A stretch of 64,000 nt of DNA from Octopus vulgaris (lineage: Eukaryota). Location of the stretch: positions 23,250,001-23,314,000 of the forward strand of contig OX597821.1 of assembly GCA_951406725.2 (NCBI GenBank), read 5' to 3'. This document shows, one piece after another, positions 39,928-54,081 of this stretch. A program made the position numbers and the translations under genes. Under the pieces are notes generated by a model. The model was not told the origin of the DNA and ran no database searches. It saw only the letters and a program-made list of their open reading frames with translations. Every line of letters begins with the position of its first letter. The stretch's first letter is position 1.

Positions 39928-40392
39928 ACAGTGAGCTGGCTGTATCGTTTGCATGCCGAGCAGAATGCTTGGCGGCATTTCGTCCGTCTTTACGTTCTGA
40001 GTTCAAGTTCCGCCAAGGCCGCCTCTGCTTTTCATCCTGAAGGGGTTGATAAACTAAGTACCAATTTAGCGCTGGGGTTGATGTAATCGACTTGCCCCCT
40101 TCCTCGAACTTGCAGGCCTTGTGCCAAAATTTGAAACCAATCGACTAGCTTCCTCCCCCAAATTGTAATCGACTAGCCTCCTTCTCCAGATTCCAGGACT
40201 TGAAGGTGGCGAGCGAGCAGAAACGTAAAAACGGACGATATGCTTAGCGGCATTTCGTTCGTCTTAGTGTTTTGAACTGAAATTCCGCCAAGGTCGACTT
40301 TAACTTTCATCCTTTCGGGGTCGATGAAATAAGTACCAGTTGCTCACTGGGCTCGATGTAACCGACGAGTCCCTTTTGTGCCTATAGTAGAA
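39928..40392 (+). mobile_element. Two diverged SINE B copies in tandem
   Basis: Heads at about 39928 and 40204; shared core. Confidence 0.78.
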
Positions 40393-41061
40393 AGAAATAT
40401 ATAAAGATTGGTTCTGTTGGCCATCGTATTGGTATCTGTGGTATTTGTCGTCTGCTAGTACAAGGCCGAAGGAAAGCGAAAGACAGAAAGTAAGAGAATA
40501 TGCTTCTCTGAAAGTTGTGAAGTAGAGAGAATAAGAGAAGGGTAAAAGGAAAATGCTGATTTTGTGACAAACTCTAAGAGAGGGAGACACCATCTAAACT
40601 TTTTGACAACGCTGGTGAAACAAGCACAAGCAAGTAATCTCTGCGCCAAACAGAGAATGAGTGAAAAAGGATGAATTCTGTAAGCGTTCCGTGTTTATAA
40701 CATTTCATCAGCTAACTAGGTCACAGCAAATAAAGGATATTTCATAGGTTATCTAGGCTGAACTACTCTTGATCCAAGAGGGTTTAAGACATTACTAAAT
40801 GACTCGTAAAATTCGAGTGCAAATCCGAAGAACAAACGAAAGAAGCCTGCAGAAAGATTCAGGATGCGGTTTCAATTCCTGGATGAGATTCCAGGAACTA
40901 ACTGTTTCACATGTAGTCACACAAATACACATTCAAAACCACATACACTCATACATTCATACATTCATTAAGCACACTCACATAAACACACTTTCAAACA
41001 CACATGCGCACCTGAGTAACGTTACCAGTATATATATATGCGTGTGTGTGTATATGTATAC

Positions 41062-41583
41062 ATTTCAGGTGCATTCGTACGATCGCAGGATTCGAATGGA
41101 AATTTCCACGCAGTTTCACGCCAAAACATGATCATATTACTATGATCATATTAGTATATAGCATGGGTCGACCCATGCTATATAGTAATATGAAATGCCG
41201 ATAACAATATTGGTATCTTGATTATCTGGGAATTGAATATTTCTTCCGGCTGCCTGTCGTTTCCCATATAAAATCAACTACAACATTCAGTCTTAGTGAA
41301 TCACATTTACTTTCATAATGACGTTACAAAGGTTACTTGCCGAAGGATGTATTGTGGAATATCAAAAGTGTGTTTATGTGCGTTTGGCAAGAGCTGAAAT
41401 TGTTATTTGTTCGTACTGGTGAGAGGAGAGAGATGAGAATGTCCTGTGTTTATGGTGGGCGAGGTGATTCTCTTTAATCCAACGTTAATTCTCACTGCGT
41501 GCCCCATTTATGATCATGTTTTGGCGTGAAACTGCGTGGAAATTTCCATTCGAATCCTGCGATCGTACGAATGCATCTGAAAT
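41062..41583. mobile_element. MITE with about 75-bp near-perfect TIRs and an internal 48-bp palindrome
   Basis: ATTTCAGGTGCATTCGTACGATCGCAGG...CATGATCATA and its reverse complement at 41509-41583. Confidence 0.85.
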
Positions 41584-41708
41584 ACAGTTGGCTGAAATGT
41601 AAGCTAAGATTACCTGATATGTCGTGGCCATTACAACGTCCTTTACAAGACTGACGCGGTTTCGAGTGCTAACTATCATTACAAGTGTGTATCTCTCTTT
41701 TACACTTC

Positions 41709-41805
<97 letters not shown>

Positions 41806-44185
41806 ATAAACTGTGACTGGAGAAATCAAGCAAGCAAGTAACCAACCAACTTTTACATCGGCTATTATCAAATAGGGATACTGCCGCAAAGTGAAGCCCT
41901 TTGTGAGATCCAATTTGTAACTTGTTACACGATTCTTTAAACCCCCCCGGCCATTAACTGTTTGATTTGAGAATTTCTCCTACTGTCAATTTAAGAAATA
42001 ATTATTTTAATCGGATTAAAAAAACTTTCATTCTTTTCTCCGGATTAAAGTAATTAATAATTGCCAATGTTTAAAACTTTTTAAAGAACTTCGTATTAAA
42101 TAAAAACAAATGAAATATGTGATTTCTATGCATTTTTTTCTCGTATTTTAAAAATTTTATTTCAAATTTCTAATCCTGCATCGTATTGTATAAAAAACGG
42201 TGATCCCCTTTGTAATAGCTGAGACCGTTACAGGGGAAAACACGTGGGTAATTAATTTATTTTAAATGAATCACTGTTTAGTAAAATGGACAAATATATA
42301 TATTCCGTATTTTTTATTTGATTATTTGCAAACCATTAAAATGGGAAGATTGTTTTTTTGGGGGTTTTTTTTTCCCTTTTCATAGAAATAAAATGCCACG
42401 TTAAGGAAAACAAAAAAGCTTACAAAAACATCGACATGAAAAACGAAACGCAATGTGTCTGTCAATTTATCTGTCTTTAATCTTGTTTCATTCATTAAAC
42501 TGCGGCCATGATGGGATACCACCTTGAATTTTTCGTCGAATGAATCGACCCCGGTACTTTTTTTTTCAAGCCTGGTACTTATTTTATCGTTCATTTTGCC
42601 GAACCGTTATGTTACGGGGACACAAATACACCAATTGTGGTCGTCAAGCGGTGGCGGGGTGGGGATAATATAATACACACCATAGCTGTATCTACTCATA
42701 TTGCATAAACCCAGCACAACCTTTATAAAAAGTATTCTAGCCATGACCATCACTAAAATTTCTAGCAGATAACGTCTATAACTAATTACATTATCCAATG
42801 TCTCTTCCATTTTTTTTAAGGGAAGCTGGGATTTGGGGAGAATTTCGCTGATGTTTCTAGCAGATCGAGCGATTTGGTAGTGATTCTGTCCTCGATTCAT
42901 TATTTATAGTATCACGTTGTTGTTAGTGGCGGTGGTAGTGGTGGTGGTAGTGGTGGTGGAGGTAGAATTGTTGTTGTTAATGGTTTTGAATGTGGTGGAA
43001 CTGTTGTTGTTGTTGTTGATGTTGTTAGTAGAACTGTTGCTTCAGAGTTTGTTGGTTTAGTGTTGTTGTAGTTGTTAGCGGCGGCGGCGGCGATGGCGTG
43101 GCACTGTTGTTATTGTAGTATTATTGATTTCGTGTTGTTATCGTTGGTGGTGTTTGAGTCGTGTTGTGATAATGCTGCCGTTGGTGGTGGTGGTGCTGTT
43201 GTGCTATAAGTACTTGTGGAGGTGTTGTTGACGCAGTGTTGGTGGTGTAGTCCTCTTAGTATTGTTGGCGGTGGTGGTAGCCTTATTAGTGTAGTGTTGT
43301 TAATTCAACATCCCATCTTTCATTCACACATGGTGTATCAAGCATGTCTAGGATTAGATTATCCAATATGTCCGTCTTTTGCAATATATTGTGTAGGCGC
43401 TTTGACTGCCATTTCTCGCTGATCCATCCATTAATCAATCTATCGATCGATCACATAGATGATGTCTCGTTAGTTCTCATTTCCTTCCGTTCTTCTCCAC
43501 CCATCTCCTTCTCCCGCATGGCACTTCAACTCATTCTATTTCAGTGAACTTATTTACTCAGTGTCAAACAATGCTCTTTAAACCGGCCATAGACCAGCCG
43601 ACATAGCTAAAAACTTACTGAATCAATAGCAGACGACATAGTAATCTCAATAATGCTTCAGACAGATTCATCTCTCATCAAACACATAGCAAAGATCTAC
43701 CCAACTATCAATTCGATCCGTCGAACTCCAAGAACGAACTACAGAACTCTGACATTCAAAGATTCTTTTATTGCTTTAATTACTATTATCATAGATGTCG
43801 TTGTCGTTGTTGATGTTAATGTTACAGTTGTCGTTGTCGTTCCGCCATTAATCCTTTTTACGTCTGCCTGCTGTGTTTTATTGTTTCTGTTTTTCTTTTA
43901 TATATCTTTTCAGTTTTCTCTTTAGGGTGGAAGTGTAGGTGGTGTCGTTCCATAGCAGATATTTTGGCTTTGTTACTGTTTATTGTTGTTGGCAGTGATG
44001 GTGGTGCTGATGGTGGTGATGCATTAGTCAAAGCAACTATTTCGAGAAACCTTCATTGTACTACTTAATATGGATGTTCGTACGCGCGTGCACGTGTATG
44101 TGTGTGCGTTTGTGCGCGAACGAGTGTGTATTTTTGCGTGCGCGTGTTTTTGTGCATTTTATGTGTGTACGTACGTTTATGTGCG

Positions 44186-44219
<34 letters not shown>

Positions 44220-44434
44220 TACACAAATATATATGTATGCATATGTGTGTGTGTGTGTGTATGCCTACTCACACACATACGTTTATGTGCGTCTACACAC
44301 ACACATACGCACAAATATATATATGTAGGCATATATATGTGTATGTGTGTGTGTGTGTTGGCATACACTCACACACACACATATATATACCTACATATAT
44401 ATTTGTGCGTATGTGTGTGTGTGTGTGTATGTAG

Positions 44435-44472
<38 letters not shown>

Positions 44473-44706
44473 GCATACATATATATTTGTGCATATGTGT
44501 GTGTGTGTGTGTAGGCATACACACACACACACACACATGTAAGATACAAGGATCGAGGTGCCGGAAGAAAGTTAACTTCGAGCATTCTGTGGTGAATATA
44601 AAAAACAAGTTTCAGGTACAATAGTGGTTTATTGAGATGTAAGGTTGCGGACTTGTTTTCTTTATCGAAGAACTATGAAAAAAAGTTCTTTTTGCATTCC
44701 ACGGTA

Positions 44707-44787
44707 GACCTGAAGAGTAGGCGGCGGTATACATCTCACTTGGATTTTACCACCTCTGAGGTTCCGCTCGCTATGAAACATATAGCC
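44707..44787 (+). ncRNA. Decayed type I hammerhead
   Basis: GAC-CTGAAGA-GTAG GCGGCGG..CCGCTCG CTAT-GAAAC-AT-ATA-GCC. Confidence 0.5.
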
Positions 44788-45071
44788 CGGATTTTCCATA
44801 CTCCATTCCATACTCCATTCCATATATATATATATATTGGCCTGCTCGCTTAGCCAGCGGGGTGGCGTCATTCAAAGGCTAAAACAATGCGAACGCATTG
44901 TGACCAGCGATGTGTAACAACATCTGATGGTCTGGTCGGTCACGTGATGGTGATGGAATATATATATATATATATATACAAGTATACACGCAGTTACACT
45001 CTGATACATACATACATCCATCCATCCATACATACATACATACGTACATACATAAATACATACATACATAA

Positions 45072-45395
45072 AGCAAAAGATCAGCGAAAAAGAAAATATT
45101 TATGCTTAACTATTGAGGAATCTGCACCTACTCTATCCAGATTACAAGTTTGTAATAAATGGGGCACTGGGATATGTAACATATTGCTTAAATACCAGTC
45201 TTGAGAAATTAGGCTTCTCAAAATCAGATAAAAGAAAGCTAATTCGAAGACTACAGATTGAAGTCATCACTGGAACTGTATAAATCTGTAAAACTTTCCA
45301 GAAGTTTATCATTTATGTATATATGAGCATGACTAAATATGCAACTATATGTATGAGGATACATATATAAAACAATTCATACAAATTTGCACATA
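45072..45395 (+). mobile_element. R4/Dong-like RLE LINE 3' end embedded in (CATA)n
   Basis: LRNLHLLYPDYKF...GALGYVT.CLNTSLEKLGFS...LQIEVITGTV; same family as 48091-49160. Confidence 0.8.
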
Positions 45396-45405
45396 TACAT
45401 ACATA

Positions 45406-46270
45406 CGAGGTTTGATCAATACGTATCCGAACAGTTGCCATAGTAACGAAGCTAAAACATGCAGAGTGAAGGCGCTTGGTGAAGACGGTCCTTGAACTCT
45501 GCTCTGCATGCGCACTAAGTTTTAACCTTATAGCTCACTTCCGCTGTTTACAGCAGTGCTTGGAAGGAAGGTGTGTAGCGTGTGATCGTGGCATTGACCA
45601 TGACAGAGAAAGTTGTCATGGCGATACCTGCTCAGAGGCCTGCGCAAAGTTACAGAAAGTGTATGGAGAGGATTGTATGAGCCGCACACAAGTGTACGGG
45701 TGGTTCTGACGCTTCCAAGATGGCCGAAAAATATCGATATTGACGAACGTTCTGGATGACTGACAACCAGTAGAACTGTGAAAAACATCACAGATGTGCG
45801 TGCAGCTGCGAGGGGAAATCGTCGAATCACCATCCGTGAGTTATTAGAGGATGTGCAGATTAGTTACGGTTCAGTTCAGTCTATTATCACTGAAGATTTG
45901 AGTATGAGACGCCAAGTTTCGGCCAAAACTGCTTTCAGCTGACCACTCGGGTTTCAGTTGCACAAGATCTTCTTGATTGTGTCGAGAACGATGAAAACTT
46001 TTTGAAAACTTCGCGTTGACCTCTGAGCAAGTATCTCCAAGCTTTTGGCAAATTTTGGTACAGATTCTCTGCTCAACCTTCTCTGTCATGGTCAATGCGG
46101 TGATGTCACGCTACACACCTTCCTCTCAAGCACTGCTATAAAAAGCGGAAATGAGCTACAACGTTAAAATTTACTGCGCATGCGCAGCAGAGGGCAAGGT
46201 CATTTTGTGCGAAGCAGCTTCACTCTTCGTTACAATAGCAACAGTCCGGATACTTATTCATCAGACCACG
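45406..46270. mobile_element. Mariner-derived element built from two inverted 5' ends
   Basis: TA-CGAGGTTTGATCAATA...TATTCATCAGACCACG-TA; HTH MTEKVEQRIC..CQKLG...VYGEDCMSRTQVYGWF..F..GR...ITIREL. Confidence 0.87.
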
Positions 46271-46271
46271 T

Positions 46272-46273
46272 AC

Positions 46274-46356
<83 letters not shown>

Positions 46357-46370
46357 CATACATACATACA

Positions 46371-46404
<34 letters not shown>

Positions 46405-46537
46405 CATACATACATACATACATATATACATACATACATACATACATAATACATACATACATATATACATACATACATACATACATATATACATACATAT
46501 ATACATACATACATACATACATACATACATACATACA

Positions 46538-46571
<34 letters not shown>

Positions 46572-46905
46572 CATACATACATACATACATACATTCACAC
46601 ATACATACATGCATGCATGCATGCATACATGCATGCATATATACATACATGCATGTATACATACATACATTCATACATACATACATATATACATACATAC
46701 ATACATACATACATACATGCATGCATATATACATACATGCATGTATACATACATACATTCATACATACATACATACATACATACATACATACATACATAC
46801 ATACATACATGCATACATACATACACACATACATACATACATACATACATACATACATACATACATACATACATACATACATACATACATACATACATAC
46901 GTATA
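46272..46905. repeat. (CATA)n microsatellite
   Basis: Direct reading. Confidence 0.97.
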
Positions 46906-48090
46906 CATTTCTCTGCATTTATTCTTATATTCATCCACTTTCACTCTTTGGATTGGAGAGCTCGGCCTCGATTATATCGATCCTGGTGCTTGGTTTGATT
47001 CATAGTTTATTGAAGTCATTCTTGTCGCATCGCTAATTTAAGGGATGTAAACACAGTACACCGGTTTTTAAAGCGGTGTCGCTGGGAAAACACATGGAAA
47101 CTGACACGTAAACACACACAGACACGCGAAACCAGATACACACAGACACACACACTGACACAGACTCACAGACACGAACACACGCGCGCACACACACACA
47201 CACACATACACACGCACGCACACACACATACACACACGCGCACGCACGCACGTACGCGCATACACACACACACACACATACACACACGCGCACGCACGCA
47301 CGTACGCGCATACACACACACACACACATGCACACACGAGTACGTATGTAGAGTCTGTTGTATTGATAACTTCGATTAACTGAGATTATTCACACAAAGG
47401 GTGGGAAGCACATGTAATTGATAAAGAAATAGGGAAGAGAGCTCCAATGCTCACAGTAAAAACAGATGTTTAGAAAATTGAAACATTGAAAGTGTGAATG
47501 GGATCCTATCGTTAAAGCCGACTGATAAGTATCACAGAGCATGTTTCGAATTACTCTTCAGTTGACTAGATTTCGAAATGAGCATATCTATGTATGTTTG
47601 TCATTATCCAGTTTATTTCAAGATTTCTTGCCAATAGAGAAAGAATCAGTTTCTAACCTAGATCCAAGGCTCCTTCATTGGAATTTCAACATCAACAACA
47701 GGCTATGTATGTATGTATGTAAAAAGTAAAAAATATATACAAACTGGGACAAGAACGTGAAACACCTAGAAGACGACACAAGAACCACAGGACGGGACAT
47801 TCGAAGCCCTCAGTCATCAGTCAAGAACCGGATCATCTTCGCAATTTCGGCTGATTAATCTTGAGATTGCTCCGACCTGGGCAGCCCCCAAGGGAAATCT
47901 AAGCCAAGCGCATTAGATCCCTTGGAAGAAAGCTTCGAAAGTATACAACACAAGGACGGAAAACGGACGATGTACACGAATAAAAATACAAAAATACGTG
48001 AAAACAATAAGGAAAGCACGAATAAGAATACAAAAACGTAAAAACAATAATGGTATGTATGTATGTATGTATGTATGTATGTATGTATGT

Positions 48091-49160
48091 GCAGATTTAT
48101 GTTTTATGTATGTCTTCTCATGCATATTGTTGTATATCTAAACATGCTCATATATATTTAAATGATAAACTTCTGGAAAGTTTTACAGATTTTTACAGTT
48201 TGAGAAGCCTAATTTCTCAAGACTGGTATTTAGGCAGTGTGTTACATGTCTCAGGTCCCCTATAATTACAGGTATAGACCTGAACTTGTAATCTGGATAG
48301 TGTAACTGCAGATTTCTCAACAGTTCAGCATAGGTATTCTCTTTTTCACTGATCTTCAGCTTTATATTAACATTTGCTGGACAACTAATTTCCACAACTG
48401 TGCGCAGTTTCTCTTCTCTATCCCAAATCATTATATCAGGTCTGCTGTGCTTACATTTTATTGAGGTCTTCACTGGTATATTCCACCAGTATTCCTTTTT
48501 ATTATGAGTGGCTTTGGCTTCTACCATAATGTGGATTTTTATTTCTTTATCCTCGGGATTATCCTTCCAACAGATTTCATTATAGAGTGTCCTAGCTACA
48601 ACGTCATGTCTCATCGGTAGATAATACCGTGATGACATTTTTGGACAACTGCTTATGATGTGGGTGATATCTTCAGTGTGAACTCCACAAAGTCTGCATC
48701 GGTTGACACATTTTACTGCTTTTCCTGCATCTCTATTCCTTTTGTGCATCAGGTATTTGTTGATATTTCTTTTTCTTGGATTGCAAACATATACGCCTTC
48801 AAAGTGTCTGGTAGTAATCCGGCTACTGGTCCATGATAAACTGCTTTCATGATCGATGTTACTATCATTATGGAGCTTTCTACTAACATATCCATGCAAT
48901 CTTCTGCTCATATAGGCTCATCTTTTCATCTGATGATACATTGCGGTAGAGTCGTGAAATTTCTTTGGGCATGAATTCTAGGTTATCAGATAAAGAATGT
49001 TCAAAGAGTTGCCTTCCAATTCTTAAGACGTTATCAACTTCATGTACGCAAATTTGGTCAAGGGATGCACTTCGACACTTGGTAGTTAAAAGATGTTGCC
49101 GAACGGATACGATGCGACATTCAAAACATTTTGGATCGATGTTAAGCCACTGCCGCCTTG
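48091..49160 (-). mobile_element. R4/Dong-like non-LTR retrotransposon 3' portion (GGxGL, CCHC, RHD, RLE)
   Basis: GGSGL; CRLCGVHTEDITHIISSC; Y..RHD; SRPDIMIWD...VVEISCP; 3' end runs into (CATA)n. Confidence 0.88.
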
Positions 49161-49656
49161 TTGGGACGTTTCGGGGTCTTTCGGTTCACATCAGTAAGCG
49201 GAAGCGGGGGAAGCGGAACTGGTGCACTGTAAAGCCGTCGAGTGGAAGTCCACTCCGAAATGGTGCATATTTTCTTCTGATGAGTCCTGGAACTTTTAAT
49301 CTCTTCTCGTATGCGGGGGGGGGGGGGTCTTCGACAGACTGCATTTGAACAAGCAAGCTGTTTCCAAGTCTCGTCTCATCTCTCCCTCTCTCTCTCTCCC
49401 TCTCCCTCCATCCGATATTGTGTTTCTAATGTAGCAAGTCTACAAGCAATGATATCCCAGGACAAATACTGCAAGAACTGGCCTATTGACAGTGCATATA
49501 CTTTAAGGTAATATTCATCCCCACTTAAACGTGGATGTTCTCTTAGAACAAAGTATACTGTGGTAGTTACTATGACAGAAACTCTTGGTGCAAAATGTGC
49601 CCTTGTTTATATCGCTAGCAGGGAGACAAATCTCCGCCTCCTCCAGCACCAAGACC

Positions 49657-49699
49657 ACCAGATCACATGATTTCGACCTTCGTTGGTCTTGTCAGTGAT
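49657..49699 (-). ncRNA. Type I hammerhead with G8A change (probable CpG decay)
   Basis: ATCA-CTGACAA-GACC aacgaa GGTC-GAAA-TCA tg TGA-TC-TGGT. Confidence 0.65.
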
Positions 49700-50116
49700 A
49701 GACGCTCGACCGGTGGAGACAGCAGCGATTCATTTCCCCACTAGCAGTATATGTACTATACATCACATTTCATTTGAGGTAGTAATTTAAGTAAATGGTT
49801 AAAGATCAAGAAATTGGTTTAACAAATAGGTCAATAGAAGGACTGGTGATAGGGAAAAGTGGGGAGAGAATGGAGCGGAGGATGAAAAAAATGGTGGGAA
49901 TGAGAAGGTTTATTGGAGAGAGGTCGTAATAAGGTCAAAATTGAAAACAATAGCTTAGCATAGTTCAGGGTATTTTGTAAAGGGATTGACTTTTATAACG
50001 TTTTTATGCTTAAAATATGTTAAGTGTTATATGGAATTTATGAGGAGAAAATATTTAACACTGAGTGTGAGCGTGTTTGCACGCGACTGGGTTTTTGCGT
50101 GCGCGTGCGTGCACGA

Positions 50117-50161
<45 letters not shown>

Positions 50162-50224
50162 CATGCTTACAGAAAGAAAGAACTGTTATAAATTTATATT
50201 TTTTAATATAAGATTCTCGTTTGT

Positions 50225-50742
50225 ATATACATACATACGTACATACATACATACAAACATACATACATACATACATACATACATACGTACATACATACAT
50301 ACATACATACATACATACATACGTACGTACGTACATACATACATACATACATACATACATACATACATACGTACGTACGTACGTACGTACGTACATACAT
50401 ACATATATACATACATACATACGTACGTACGTACGTACGTACATACATACATACATACATACATACATACATACATACATACATACATACATACATACAT
50501 ACATACATACATACATACATACATACATACATACATTCATACATACATACGTACGTACGTACGTACATACATACATACATACATACATACATACATACAT
50601 ACATACATACGTACATACATACATACATACATACATACATACATACATACATACATACATACATACATACATACATACATACATACGTACGTACGTACGT
50701 ACGTACATACATACATACATACATACATACATACATACATAC
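50225..50742. repeat. (CATA)n/(CGTA)n microsatellite
   Basis: Direct reading. Confidence 0.97.
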
Positions 50743-51076
50743 GCAAGCGTGCGCATACACACATGCATGTATGCATATCTATATACTTATACATACAAAC
50801 ACGAACACACATACACAATTCGAATATAGTTGAGATAGGTATACTATATATAAAAGAAAAATTATTAAATATTTCATACATAATTATACAACTGAGCTCT
50901 CAAAGTACATACCTATTTATATTACATCAGTTGATGAAAGTTCCTTGTATATTCTGTATAGTTACACAGACACACACACACTCACACATACTCACACACA
51001 AACACATACTCACTCACACACACGCGCACTCACACACACTCTCTCTCTCACACACACACACATACTCACACATACG

Positions 51077-51292
51077 TATTTCTTTACTACCCACAAGGGG
51101 CTAAACACAGAGGAGACAAACGGATTAAGTCGATTACATGGACCCAGTGCGTAACTGGTACTTATTTAATCGACTCCGAAAGGATGAAAGGCAAAGTCGA
51201 CCTTGGCGGAATTTGAACTCAGAACGTAACGGCAGACGAAACACGGCTACGCATTTCGCCCGGGGTGCTAACGTTTCTGCCAGCTCGTCGCC
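51077..51292 (-). mobile_element. SINE B with Tx1-like tail
   Basis: Minus tail TTTAGCCCCTTGTGGGTAGTAAAGAAATA; TSD-like CTCACACATAC. Confidence 0.87.
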
Positions 51293-51554
51293 TCACACAT
51301 ACTGACTCACACATACTGACACACACACTCACTCACACACATTTCAGTTACAGTTGAGATATACAGTATATAAAAGAAGAATTACAAATATCATTCAATT
51401 CCGTTAGGTTTGTGGTTCTTGACCCTTTTTTCTATTGTATCGCTCTCTTCTAAGTAGTTTTTATGCTTAGTGCCCCACTTAAGTGGTAAGTGAGGTATTC
51501 CGATTAAACTAAACAAGGTTAAGGATTTATAAATTTTACTCCAAAAATGGTTTA

Positions 51555-51756
51555 CCCTTTTACTCTTTTACTTGTTTCAGTCATTTGACTGCGACCATGC
51601 CGGAGCACCGCCTTTAGTCGAGCAAATCGACCCCAGGACTTACTCTTTGTAAGCCTAGTACTTATTCTATCGGAACTCTTTTGTCGAACCTCTAAGTTAT
51701 GGGGACGTAAACAGACCAGCATCGGTTGTCAAGCGATGTTGGGGGTGGGGTGGCAA

Positions 51757-51796
<40 letters not shown>

Positions 51797-52823
51797 GACG
51801 GGCTTAAATTTCCGTCTACCAAATCCACTCACAAGGCTTTGGTCGGCCCGAGGCTATAGTAGAAGACACTTGCCCAAGGTGCCATGCTGTGGGGCTGAAC
51901 CCGGAACCATGTGGTGGTTGGTAAGCGAGCTACTTACCACACAGCCACTCCTGCGCCTATGCACACAAAAAGAGAAGCGATAAAAAGAAATTCATGACGA
52001 CAAAAGTCGTAAATTTACTTCATACATTGCGAGTTAATGACTTCCCTGTGCCTGAAAAAGTCTCATTTTATTTTAATAAACATTACCATATATAATATAA
52101 TTATTACTATAATATGTTAATTACGTGAAGGCGCGTGACTTAGTGATTGGGTTATTCGGTTCGCGATGGTAAGGTTGTGACTTCAATTGCCAGTGACGCG
52201 TTGAGTCCTTGAGCAAGACATTTTATTTCACGTTGCTCCAGTCCACTCTGTATCAGGACAATTACTCCCTTGGTTAATTAAACCCTTTCCAATGTATTAT
52301 GAACTTTTAAATTATCATCTGTTGTCCTAACGGGTAGTTGTCCTGAGTGGGGTATTGTCCAAGGGGAGAACATGTTCTAGACTCGTCCATTCCTTTTTAA
52401 AGCTTGATACTAATTCTATCTGTCTCTTTTGCCGAACCGGTAAGTTATGAGAATGTAAACACACCGGCTGTCAAGCGTCGGTGAGGGACAAACATACAGA
52501 CACACACGCGCGCACACAGACACGCACACACAGACACACACGCACACACACAAACAATGATGCATAAAGGCTCCTACATATTGACATGCGCACGCAACAA
52601 ACATTAAGTTACTAAACGGTATTTGCTAGATAATCTGAATATTTTAAACAAATAAATAGGCGCAGGAGTGGCTGTATGGTAAGTAGCTTGCTAACCAACC
52701 ACATGCTTCTGGGTTCAGTCCCATTGCGTGGCATCTTGGGCAAGTGTCTTCTGCTATAGCCCCGGGCCGACCAATGCCTTGAGAGTGGATTTGGTAGACG
52801 GAAACTGAAAGAAGCCTGTCGTA

Positions 52824-52915
<92 letters not shown>

Positions 52916-53134
52916 TGTGTCTGTGTTTGTGTGTCTGTGTTTGTCCCCCTAGCATTGCTTGACAACCGATGCTGGTGTGTTTACGTCCTCGTCATTTAGC
53001 GGTTCGGCAAAAGAGACCGATAGAATAAGTACTGGGCTTACAAAGAATAAGTCCCGGGCTCGATTTGCTCGACTAAAGGCGGTGCTCCAGCATGGCCGCA
53101 GTCAAATGACTGAAACAAGTAAAAGAGTAAAAGA

Positions 53135-53172
<38 letters not shown>

Positions 53173-53783
53173 CAACGAATGCAAAACTACAAATATGGCT
53201 GAAACACACTACAAGAAGAATCTTTATTGTTGTGCTGACAGGAGCTGCTTCAGTTTACCTTATGTTCTTACAAGCTCTTCTTATACTAGGCCTGCAATGT
53301 AAACAGACATCGAAATAACCCTGCGAGAGACCAATGACACGTTCGGAAAGTGGGAGTGTTGTAATCTCAGTGACCTATACGCCATGGAAATTGGGTTAAG
53401 CTTTGGCCCTATGCATCCTAGGAATCATGACAGACCTAAAGATATTACCTAACCCCTTTTCCCCCCTCTCTTTGATAAAGAGTATAACTCATAATATTTT
53501 ACTCTTTTCTAGTTTTTTCATTGGTGTATTCATATTCATTGTACACATTATTCTATTACTCTCTCTCTTTTACTCTTTTACTTGTTTCAGTCATTTGACT
53601 GCGGCCATGCTGGAGCACCGCCTTTAGTCGAGCAAATCAACCCCGGAACTTATTCTTTGTAAGCCCAGTACTTATTCTATCGGTCTCTTTTGCCGAACCG
53701 CTAAGTGACGGGGACGTAAACACACCAGCATCGGTTGTCAGGCAATGCTAGGGGGACAAACACAGACACACAAACACACACAC

Positions 53784-53820
<37 letters not shown>

Positions 53821-53866
53821 CGACAGGCTTCTTACAGTTTCCGTCTACCAAATCCACTCACAAGGC

Positions 53867-53914
<48 letters not shown>

Positions 53915-54079
53915 GACAGGCTTCTTACAGTTTCCGTCTACCAAATCCACTCACAAGGCATTGGTCGGCCCGGGGCTATAGCAGAAGACACTTGCCCAAG
54001 ATGCCACGCAGTGGGACTGAACCCGGAACCATGTGGTTGGTAAACAAGCTACTTACCACACAGCCACTCCTCTCGCCTA
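51555..54079. mobile_element. Cluster of SINE A copies (51555-51959 -, 52657-53145 +, 53560-54079 -) plus fragments
   Basis: Match to other A copies. Confidence 0.88.
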
Positions 54080-54081
54080 TT

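Noticed and set aside
42910-43290. (GTT/GGT)n region as a Thr/Gln-rich exon
   Set aside because: Degenerate trinucleotide repeat with stops and no clear splice context
47537-47564. CTGAAGA..GAAAC hammerhead-like motif (-); similar weak hits near 41645 and 49162
   Set aside because: Cleavage triplet, core or helices are not satisfied
49580-49655. CKMC..VYI...RL.QH as a GIY-YIG relic next to the hammerhead
   Set aside because: Needs a frameshift and is too short to support
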